A DNA stretch of 46,045 nt, from the NCBI GenBank assembly GCA_049699855.1, contig JBNAWM010000003.1, forward strand, positions 1 to 46,045, in the 5' to 3' direction. Of the stretch, positions 1 through 7,104 are shown in pieces (position 1 is the first letter of the stretch; each line of letters starts with the position of its first letter). This DNA comes from Candidatus Cryosericum sp. (GTDB taxonomy: Bacteria; Caldisericota; Caldisericia; Cryosericales; Cryosericaceae). The position numbers were made by a program, and so were the translations under genes. The notes below the pieces were generated by a model. It was not told the origin of the DNA and did no database searches. It saw nothing but the letters and a program-made list of their open reading frames with translations.

Positions 1-524
1 TGGAAAGCGGCGAGGCGGGTACGGTAATACAGGCTGCGGTGCTGCATGACCTGGGTAAGGTCGGGCTCGATGAGGACTTGCTGCGCAAACCAGGACTGAG
101 CGTGGATGAGTTTCACCAGATCATGGGACACTCGGCAGTCTCCGCCAGCTTGCTGGAAGGGCTGACGCTGTTTCAGGGCGGTCGCGACATTGTTCTGCAC
201 CACCATGAGCGTTATGACGGGAAGGGATATCCGGATCACCTTGTTGGGGAGAACATCCCGCTTGGGGCCCGCATTATTGCGGTAGCCGATTCTTTTGATG
301 CTATGGTGAGTGTTCGCCCGTACCGTGCCAAAAGCCTGACCGTCACCGAGGCGTTGAAGATTCTCGACGACGAGCGTGGAGCGCAGTTCGATCCAGAGCT
401 GGTGACGATTTTCTCGAAGATCGTTCGAGCCCGCGTTGCAGCGGGTGACATGACCAACTTCCCGGCTGCCGTGCAAGTGGGTGCAAGCGAAGGCGTCGGC
501 GCCGTCGTGGGGGTTCAGCAATAA
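1..524 (+). CDS. HD-GYP domain phosphodiesterase (5' partial)
   Basis: LHDLGK, HHHERYDGKGYP and RIIAVADSFDAM..RPYR motifs; frame is open back to the window start. Confidence 0.9.
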   Translation, partial: ESGEAGTVIQAAVLHDLGKVGLDEDLLRKPGLSVDEFHQIMGHSAVSASLLEGLTLFQGGRDIVLHHHERYDGKGYPDHLVGENIPLGARIIAVADSFDAMVSVRPYRAKSLTVTEALKILDDERGAQFDPELVTIFSKIVRARVAAGDMTNFPAAVQVGASEGVGAVVGVQQ

Positions 525-525
525 C

Positions 526-1122
526 ATGTTTGTTCTTGCCGTATTGGCTGTTACGCTGATAGCCAGTCTGTTGACTGGTGGGCGCCTGCGTTACATAGAG
601 AACTTCCGCCTCAAGCTCCTGCCGCTCGGGACAGGGGCCTTTGTCCTTCAAGTCCTTATCTTCACTTCCCGGGGCGAATCATTGCTTGGTGCAACGCTGC
701 CTGGATTCTATGTCCTGAGCCTGGCGATGCTGGTCGGGTTTCTCGTCGCGAATCTGAAGGTCTTTGGTGTTCCACTTCTGCTGGTGGGGCTGCTGTTGAA
801 TGTTCTGGTCATCGGAGCGAACGGGGGGCGCATGCCAGCCAATCCCCAGGCACTTATCGCCGCAGGGCAGAGCTCCGCGGCCGAGCGATTGGTCAGGGAC
901 GGCCATGCAGCCAATGTCGTTCTCATGAGCAGCCAGACCCGGCTCAATGTTCTTGGAGACTACATTGTCCTGCCTCTGCTTGGCAACTTTGGTTCGGCAT
1001 ACAGCATTGGAGACCTTGTGGCGCTGGCCGGAGAAGCCGCCCTGGTTTTTGGAATGGTGCGAAGAGCTGAACCGGTGCCCGATGCACAGGCCAAGGACAG
1101 CAATTCCGGCAGCAAAGGATAG
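526..1122 (+). CDS. DUF5317-like integral membrane protein
   Basis: Hydrophobic protein with GGRL, NGGRMP, LGDYI and SIGD motifs; ATG 1 nt after the HD-GYP stop. Confidence 0.75.
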   Translation: MFVLAVLAVTLIASLLTGGRLRYIENFRLKLLPLGTGAFVLQVLIFTSRGESLLGATLPGFYVLSLAMLVGFLVANLKVFGVPLLLVGLLLNVLVIGANGGRMPANPQALIAAGQSSAAERLVRDGHAANVVLMSSQTRLNVLGDYIVLPLLGNFGSAYSIGDLVALAGEAALVFGMVRRAEPVPDAQAKDSNSGSKG

Positions 1123-1217
1123 TTGCGGTGGCCAGGTTTTCACGTCGGGTGTCTGATGTCTTCATCTGTTCGAGTGCGGCCGTGTCAAAGCGCGTCTGAT
1201 GACAAGTGAGGAACGCA

Positions 1218-2324
1218 ATGCGTGTGCATGAAGTCTATGAGTTGATCGACGCGGTGGCCCCCTTTCGGCTCCAGGAGTCCTATGACAATGCCGGCCTGAT
1301 CGTGGGTTCCATGGACGACGACGTGCGTGGAATCCTCCTCTGCCTTGACGTGACGAATGAGACTGTCGAGGAAGCAAGCCGGCTGGGTGCGAATCTGATT
1401 GTTTCTCACCACCCTCCCATTTTCAGGGCGATCAAGAGGCTGGATTCGGTCCAGCACTCGGCTCTGCTGGCAGCCGTCCGCATGGACATTGGACTGCTGG
1501 CAGCCCATACCAATTTCGATGCTGCGCCGCAGGGGCTGAACGCTTTCGTTGTTCAGGCGATGGGGCTCACTGATGTGCGCATCCTGGACGTACGTGAGTC
1601 AGAGCGCTTGTACAAGGTCGTCACGTTTGTGCCGCCCGAGTTCAGAGAGCAAGTCCTTGAAGCGGTGTTCAAGGCTGGAGCGGGCCACATCGGGGCATAC
1701 GCGGATACATCGTTTCGGACTGCAGGCACCGGTGCATTCCGCCCAGGACCGGGGACGCACCCTTTCATTGGTGAGGAAGACGTCCTTGCAAGCGTAGAAG
1801 AGGAGCGTGTTGAGACGATCGTCCCTGGGCGGCAGCTGGGACCTGCGCTCGAAGCGCTCCGGTCAGCCCATCCGTATGAAGAGCCTGCCATTGACGTTTT
1901 TGAGGAACACCTCCCTGGGGCGCCAGTCTCTGGTTTTGGGCATGTGGGAAGTCTGCCGAACCCCATGGATGCGCAGCAGTTTGTGGCGTTCATCAAGTTG
2001 TTCTTCTCTCTCAACGTCCTGCCGGTGGTGGGGACGCTCCCCTCCATGATCCAACGCGTTGCTTTCTGTTCGGGAGCAGGATCTTCACTGATCGCAGCGG
2101 CCAGCGCTGCGGGCGCTCAGGTGCTGATTACTGGTGACGTGACCTATCACACGGCGCTTGATGTATCGCAGGAAGGCAGCTGTATTGCGATCGTTGATCA
2201 CTACAGGTCTGAGCACTTTTTCGCAGCAGCGATGGAAGAGATACTGCGGAGTGTGGCAGGCGCCAGGGAGCTGCCTCCGTTGCACCAGTCGACGGTGGAC
2301 TACCAGCCAGTCAAGTTTTGGTAG
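1218..2324 (+). CDS. Nif3/YbgI-like dinuclear metal protein (GTP cyclohydrolase 1 type 2 homolog) with PII-like insert
   Basis: YDNAGL, VSHHPPIF, HTNFD, HPYEEPAID, TGDV.YH and DHYRSE motifs; GAGGA SD before ATG 1218. Confidence 0.9.
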   Translation: MRVHEVYELIDAVAPFRLQESYDNAGLIVGSMDDDVRGILLCLDVTNETVEEASRLGANLIVSHHPPIFRAIKRLDSVQHSALLAAVRMDIGLLAAHTNFDAAPQGLNAFVVQAMGLTDVRILDVRESERLYKVVTFVPPEFREQVLEAVFKAGAGHIGAYADTSFRTAGTGAFRPGPGTHPFIGEEDVLASVEEERVETIVPGRQLGPALEALRSAHPYEEPAIDVFEEHLPGAPVSGFGHVGSLPNPMDAQQFVAFIKLFFSLNVLPVVGTLPSMIQRVAFCSGAGSSLIAAASAAGAQVLITGDVTYHTALDVSQEGSCIAIVDHYRSEHFFAAAMEEILRSVAGARELPPLHQSTVDYQPVKFW

Positions 2325-2337
2325 GAAATCGCGGGTA

Positions 2338-2423
2338 CAACAGAAAACAGCCTGAAGCGCGATTGCGGTCCAGGCTGTTTCCGAAGGAGGGCATGTAACC
2401 GATAACAAAGTTACCGATTACAC
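2338..2423 (-). ncRNA. Candidate small regulatory RNA (5' hairpin, anti-SD seed, terminator)
   Basis: Downstream of TTGACA-N16-TATAGT; 13-bp hairpin (2394-2422) and 14-bp terminator stem (2343-2382) pair fully only on the minus strand, through G-U wobbles; unpaired UGCCCUCCUUC between them. Confidence 0.6.
2343..2382. terminator. Probable bidirectional intrinsic terminator
   Basis: AAACAGCCTG (2345-2354) / CAGGCTGTTT (2371-2380) perfect inverted repeat with A/T ends, just after the nif3 stop. Confidence 0.7.
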
Positions 2424-2427
2424 CGTC

Positions 2428-2455
2428 ACTATAGGAAGTATCTTCGCCGTGTCAA
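2428..2455 (-). promoter_or_regulatory. sigma70-type promoter TTGACA-N16-TATAGT
   Basis: Perfect -35 and 5/6 -10, pointing at the candidate sRNA. Confidence 0.7.
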
Positions 2456-2527
2456 TGGTCGTGTCTTCTCTTTGTTTACTGCGCGCGGCTGCGCAAGTCA
2501 GAGGCAGGTTTTAATGCAGCGGGCGCG

Positions 2528-2555
2528 TTGAACTGCCAGTGAAACGTGCTATGGT
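2528..2555 (+). promoter_or_regulatory. Putative alr promoter TTGAAC-N16-TATGGT (TGn extended -10)
   Basis: Ends 30 nt upstream of the alr ATG. Confidence 0.5.
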
Positions 2556-2585
2556 TTCTGTATGAAGAGCATCAGCAGGAGTGCG

Positions 2586-3752
2586 ATGGAGCAGTTTGGA
2601 CGTCCGACATGGCTCGAGATTGACCTGGCACGGATCCGGAACAACTATCATGTTGTCCAGAGGTTGGTTCCGGCAAAGACGCACATTGTCTGTGTGGTCA
2701 AGGATGATGCGTATGGACACGGCAGTATCCCTGTTGCAACTGCGCTTCAGGAAGAAGGCGCAGACTGGTTTGCCGTCGCGACGCTGGAAGAAGCTCTTGA
2801 ACTGCGCGAGGCAGGGATCACTGGAAGGATGCTGGTGCTGGGTTCTGTCCCTGCAGCCGGAGTTCTCGAGGCTGTCGCTCACGAGATCACCCTGACCATT
2901 CCGGACGAGGACACTGCCCGCCGGCTCTTGGAAGCAGCCCAGGGCAGGAAGCTGACGGTACACCTGAAGGTTGATACGGGGATGGGCAGAACCGGAGTGC
3001 TGGCTGAGGACGCGCTGGAGGTGCTCCATCACCTGAATGGGGCTAAGGGCTTGGTGGTTGAGGGCGTGTATTCGCACTTTTCCTGCGCCGACTCAGATGA
3101 ATCGTATTCGTCCATGCAACTGCGCCGGTTTGAAAAACTACTGCACAAGGCTACGGTCGAGGGAATCCGCCCGCCAATCGCGCACTTTTCGAACTCTGCC
3201 GGCATCCTCACGATGAACACGGCCATGCTGGATGCTGTGCGCCCTGGATTGCTGCTGTACGGCCTGTCCCCCATCGAGGGGGTTCCCATTGCGGGCCTGA
3301 GCCCTGCAATGTCGATGAAGACGCGCATTGTCTCGATGAAGCAGGTGCCGGCTGGATATGGCATTGGCTATGGACGCAGCTATCTGACGTACAAGACAAC
3401 GGTTGTTGGTCTTCTGCCGGTTGGCTATGCGGACGGGTATTCGCGCATGCTGTCCAACAAAGCCTCTGTTCTCCTCCATGGGAGGCGTGCGCCGGTGATT
3501 GGGAGAATCGGCATGGATCAGACGACGATTGACTTGTCTGACATTCCTGACGCGAGGGTGGGAGATGATGTCGTATTGATGGGTGAAGCAGGCAGCCAGC
3601 GCATCACGGGCGGCGACCTTGGTTCTCTTGCCCAGAGTATCAGCTATGAGATCCTGACGACGGTTGGAAAACTGGTGCGCCGCGAATACACAGACCACAG
3701 TGGCTTGGACGCCGCAGAGTCCCAGGAACATCCACAACCCGAACCACAATGA
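2586..3752 (+). CDS. alr: Alanine racemase
   Basis: RPTWLEID, VVKDDAYGHG (PLP lysine), HLKVDTGMGR, GYGRSY, PVGYADG, ISYEILT; AGGAG SD. Confidence 0.93.
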   Translation: MEQFGRPTWLEIDLARIRNNYHVVQRLVPAKTHIVCVVKDDAYGHGSIPVATALQEEGADWFAVATLEEALELREAGITGRMLVLGSVPAAGVLEAVAHEITLTIPDEDTARRLLEAAQGRKLTVHLKVDTGMGRTGVLAEDALEVLHHLNGAKGLVVEGVYSHFSCADSDESYSSMQLRRFEKLLHKATVEGIRPPIAHFSNSAGILTMNTAMLDAVRPGLLLYGLSPIEGVPIAGLSPAMSMKTRIVSMKQVPAGYGIGYGRSYLTYKTTVVGLLPVGYADGYSRMLSNKASVLLHGRRAPVIGRIGMDQTTIDLSDIPDARVGDDVVLMGEAGSQRITGGDLGSLAQSISYEILTTVGKLVRREYTDHSGLDAAESQEHPQPEPQ

Positions 3753-4576
3753 AGCACGATTCCAGGTACCATTCGATCCAGGCATCGCTGAAGAAGCTCC
3801 TTGCAGCCGTTCCATTTCCCTGCGCAGTACATGCCGAACTCCTGAGCGGTGAGGACCCGTGTGTCATCTACTCTCAGAATGCAAACCTTGTTTTTGGCGC
3901 GGCGTCAGTCATCAAACTTCCTCTCCTTGTGTGCGTAGAAGAACTGATCGAAACAGGCGCGCTGGCGTGGGATCAGCCCGTGGTGCTCACGGTGCCGGCG
4001 CCTCACGGTACGGGCCTTCTCGAGTTTCTTGACTGCAGTCGCCCGTGGACTATTCGAGACCTTAGTGTCTTGATGATGGGCACATCCGACAACATGGCCT
4101 GCAACCAGCTGCTGGAAGTGGTGGGAATGGCGCGGGCAAATGAGATCCTTCGTGTCCTGGGCTATACCGCTACTGTGGTTCGCAGGCGCATGATGGACCG
4201 GGAGAAACTGGCTCTGGGTGTTGACAACACGGTGACGGCGCTGGAGACGGCCGATATGCTCTCCAGGCTTCACGCTGGCCGTCTCATCTCGGCAGAAGCA
4301 AGTGCAGAGACTCTCAAATACCTGCGTATGAACCAGCTCAGGGACCTCACTGCCTGGCCGCTGCCGGGGAGCGTCGTGCTGGCAGGGAAGACCGGCGGGA
4401 TGCCCGGTTCGCTGCTGGATGCAGAACTCATCAGTATTCCGGGAGGGTCTACCTACTCCCTCTGCGTGTTTACCTCGGGGTTTGAGCGCGCGCTTCAGGC
4501 AAAGCGCCTTATCAGCGAGATTTCGGAACAGCTCTACGCCGCTGTTTCCGGAAGCGGGGGTGAGGGCTGCGACTGA
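3749..4576 (+). CDS. Serine hydrolase, class A beta-lactamase-like fold (no signal peptide)
   Basis: SVIK (SxxK), SDN and KTG motifs; ATGA overlap with the alr stop. Confidence 0.85.
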   Translation: MKHDSRYHSIQASLKKLLAAVPFPCAVHAELLSGEDPCVIYSQNANLVFGAASVIKLPLLVCVEELIETGALAWDQPVVLTVPAPHGTGLLEFLDCSRPWTIRDLSVLMMGTSDNMACNQLLEVVGMARANEILRVLGYTATVVRRRMMDREKLALGVDNTVTALETADMLSRLHAGRLISAEASAETLKYLRMNQLRDLTAWPLPGSVVLAGKTGGMPGSLLDAELISIPGGSTYSLCVFTSGFERALQAKRLISEISEQLYAAVSGSGGEGCD

Positions 4577-4602
4577 GCGTCGTTCCCTCCGCACTTGCAG
4601 AC

Positions 4603-5307
4603 CTAGATATTTCCACGGGCGCTGACAGAGAGCATGGGGTACCTGTGCTGCAGGGTCGTGGCAAGCTCATTCAGACTTCCTTGATCAAATCCTCTGGCTT
4701 GGAGGAAACGAGGGTCAAGGGTCTTTGACGGGACAAAATTCTGGAGGATATACCGCGAGCCCGAAGGAAGCATGGCTGCAACATCCATGATGTCCTCTTC
4801 GCCAAAAAGCATGGGCAGGACCGTTGTGCGGAACTCAGTGGCTACACCGGAATCAGCCAGCAGTTGGATCGACATTCTAGCGAGAGCAAGAGCTTCGGGG
4901 TTTGCAGTTACCTCGGCGTAGCGGGCAGGGGGAGCTTTGACATCCATTGCGACATAGTCAAGCAATCCTGCTTCCAGAAGAAGCCGAAGCATGTCTGGAT
5001 TTGAGCCGTTGGTGTCCAGCTTGACGGCAAAGCCAAGACGCCGCATGTGATCGATGAACTGTGGCAGATCTGCATGCAGAGTGGGTTCTCCCCCGGTGAT
5101 GCAAACACCGGTCAGCTTGCCCCTCCGCCTCCCGAGAAAAGTGAAAAAAGTCTCCTCAGTGAGACTGGGAGTCTCTGTGGTGACTGTGACCAGTTCGGGG
5201 TTGTGACAATAGGGACACCTGAAATTACAGCCGACGGTAAACACGGTCGCGGCTAGTTTCCCCGGAAAGTCGTTCAGCGAAAGTGGTTCATAGTGGGCAA
5301 GTCTCAT
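4603..5307 (-). CDS. nrdG: Anaerobic ribonucleotide reductase activating enzyme (radical SAM)
   Basis: SLNDFPGKLAATVFTVGCNFRCPYCHN (CxxxCxxC), ITGGEPT, KLDTNGS, YVAMDVKAP, EFRTT; GAGAGG SD. Confidence 0.9.
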   Translation of the reverse strand: MRLAHYEPLSLNDFPGKLAATVFTVGCNFRCPYCHNPELVTVTTETPSLTEETFFTFLGRRRGKLTGVCITGGEPTLHADLPQFIDHMRRLGFAVKLDTNGSNPDMLRLLLEAGLLDYVAMDVKAPPARYAEVTANPEALALARMSIQLLADSGVATEFRTTVLPMLFGEEDIMDVAAMLPSGSRYILQNFVPSKTLDPRFLQARGFDQGSLNELATTLQHRYPMLSVSARGNI

Positions 5308-5340
5308 GAGAGAACCTCTCGATTGCCAAGATGCGCCGTC

Positions 5341-5394
5341 AGAAACGAAAGACGCTCCTGGCGGGTCTGTCATGACCGGCGGCCAGAAGCGTCT
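5341..5394 (-). terminator. Intrinsic terminator-like hairpin between the small NrdD gene and nrdG
   Basis: Minus strand AGACGCTTCTGGC...GCCAGGAGCGTCT 13-bp stem (one G-U), inner GGTC/GACC stem, followed by TTCGTTTCT. Confidence 0.6.
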
Positions 5395-5406
5395 CCTCTA
5401 TCGGGA

Positions 5407-5604
5407 TTATTGTGCAGAGCTGTGTTCTTTTCTTGCTTCGAATGTCCTTCTCTCGGACCACTCAGCTTTCTTTCCCTTGTTCCACTGTGCTACCGGTCTC
5501 AGATAGCCAACCACCCGGCTGTAGACTTCTGTTTTTGTACGCCGGCTGGCGGGCACGACCGTCCCGTTCTCCAAGAGAAGATCTCCATTTTCAAGTTCTC
5601 TCAC
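5407..5604 (-). CDS. nrdD: Stand-alone glycyl-radical domain of class III RNR (NrdD C-terminal fragment, 65 aa)
   Basis: TEVYSRVVGYLRPVAQWNKGKKAEWSER matches the NrdD C-terminal glycyl-radical signature; GTG start with GAGGAGGTGA SD. Confidence 0.9.
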   Translation of the reverse strand: MRELENGDLLLENGTVVPASRRTKTEVYSRVVGYLRPVAQWNKGKKAEWSERRTFEARKEHSSAQ

Positions 5605-5628
5605 GTATCACCTCCTCGTCATAACTCA

Positions 5629-5637
5629 ATTATACCA
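5629..5637 (-). promoter_or_regulatory. Extended -10 element TGGTATAAT
   Basis: Perfect TGnTATAAT 24 nt upstream of the small nrdD gene start. Confidence 0.55.
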
Positions 5638-5644
5638 CAAAATG

Positions 5645-7090
5645 TCAATTGGATAGCGTGACACTTCCTGTTGCGACGAACGCTGAAGTCCCTGATGGAA
5701 GAAGGATCTGAACGACGCGCCCCTCTGCCGTCATATTGATGGCAACAACACTGTCTCCTTTGGAGAGACTGGTTGAAGCCAGTTGCGTCAAACCTGCATC
5801 CAAGTAGACCTTGACGGTCGCAGGCGCGCTTACCCTGGCAAACGGAAGATAGGTCGAATTCCCACGCGTGATCTGGGCATAGGCGCCATAGACCCATCCT
5901 GTCTTTCCTTTGGCCTGTCCCAGTCCTTTTGCCTGGATCCATCCCTGGCCCAGTGCAAGAGCGGTGCGTTTCTCGGTGGGTGCGGCCACCTCGAGGACGG
6001 TACTGCCAATCGTGACTGGCTGGTCGCGGAACATCAGTCCGGTTTCAGTTGTCAGTATCGGCGCAGACTGTTTGCCAGCCGCTACCGGCGCGCTGTCCCC
6101 GGTGAACTGATATGCGAACATCGAAGGAGAGCTGCCCTTCACGACAAGTCGCGGTTTGCTTGAGCCCTCCACGTACTGCCATGTCTCGTAGGTGAGCGGA
6201 GCAGTCTTGCCATCGGCGCCCGTTCCTGAACCATAAATGCCGAGCTCGTACACGATCGTTTTACCATCCATCGAACGGGAGGCTCCGCGCACAAAGGGCT
6301 GAAGGATGCTGCTTGAGGTCGGTGGTGGCGTGATGCTGGTGATCTTGCCGTCCTGTGTCTTGATTCCAAGGAAAGAACCCTTCGTGTCCTGCATGATGCC
6401 AAAGAAGGTGCCATCGGCAAATGTCACGCCTGACGGGCCAAGGAACGTGTGGGCAGTGTCGAACCCCAGGCTCGATGTTCCTACTGTCCAGATACCTCCG
6501 GGCGAGACGACGAGGGGAGTGGATCCGTCCAGGATCAACCGCGTTGTTCGATCGAACTGTTCTTTGGTGATGGGAACTTGGGTCCAGAATGAGCTGTTGG
6601 TCGTGCCATCATATCCGAGGGACGTCACGGTCAGCTGCAGCAGTCGCGTGACGGTCGTTGGTGCAGCCTGTACAAGTAGAACGCCATCAGACGTGCACAG
6701 GAGCTTCGGCGCCATCTCAGCTTTTCCCTGTACACTGACCAGTTCCTGCTTGGATGTCATCTTGTGATCCACGAGCTTGAACGACCCGTCCGCTTCGCTG
6801 GTCATGTAGACAATTTCGCCGCCTGCGGGATGCCAGTCAAATGCGGATACTGTGCCCAGCTTGGTGAGTTGTGTCTTGCGCCCGTTTACCCATTGCCAGA
6901 GGTCGCCTTTGTCAAGGTAGATACCTATGTCATTCTTGGTGGGTTTGGTCGAGGTTCCTGTTCCCGGGGACTGCGCTGTTGACTTCGAACCTATGGAGCG
7001 CAGTACAAAAAATAAGGAAACGGCTATGACCACTACAGCAATGGCAAGGATGACGATTCTCTTCTTTGGACGTCGACGAAATCCACTCAT
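5645..7090 (-). CDS. Hypothetical N-terminally anchored exported protein (beta-rich, possibly propeller-like)
   Basis: Basic N-terminus plus one TM helix, then a S/T/G-rich beta-strand sequence; AGGAGG SD overlaps the nrdD stop. Confidence 0.75.
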   Translation of the reverse strand: MSGFRRRPKKRIVILAIAVVVIAVSLFFVLRSIGSKSTAQSPGTGTSTKPTKNDIGIYLDKGDLWQWVNGRKTQLTKLGTVSAFDWHPAGGEIVYMTSEADGSFKLVDHKMTSKQELVSVQGKAEMAPKLLCTSDGVLLVQAAPTTVTRLLQLTVTSLGYDGTTNSSFWTQVPITKEQFDRTTRLILDGSTPLVVSPGGIWTVGTSSLGFDTAHTFLGPSGVTFADGTFFGIMQDTKGSFLGIKTQDGKITSITPPPTSSSILQPFVRGASRSMDGKTIVYELGIYGSGTGADGKTAPLTYETWQYVEGSSKPRLVVKGSSPSMFAYQFTGDSAPVAAGKQSAPILTTETGLMFRDQPVTIGSTVLEVAAPTEKRTALALGQGWIQAKGLGQAKGKTGWVYGAYAQITRGNSTYLPFARVSAPATVKVYLDAGLTQLASTSLSKGDSVVAINMTAEGRVVQILLPSGTSAFVATGSVTLSN

Positions 7091-7104
7091 GCGCAGTGTA
7101 CCTC

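Noticed and set aside
2384..2398. Plus-strand AAGGAGG-GC-ATG-TAA start-stop mini-ORF
   Set aside because: SD-to-ATG spacing is only 2 nt and it lies just after a terminator; better explained as the complement of the sRNA seed
3749..4576. True class A beta-lactamase (resistance gene)
   Set aside because: No signal peptide and no recognisable ExxLN omega-loop motif
5629..5648. TTGACA and TATAAT upstream of the small nrdD gene as a -35/-10 pair
   Set aside because: Spacer is only 8 nt; only the extended -10 is retained
5645..7090. Intron, intein or homing endonuclease interrupting nrdD
   Set aside because: No endonuclease or intein motifs, no room for intron structure, and both NrdD pieces have their own start, SD and stop
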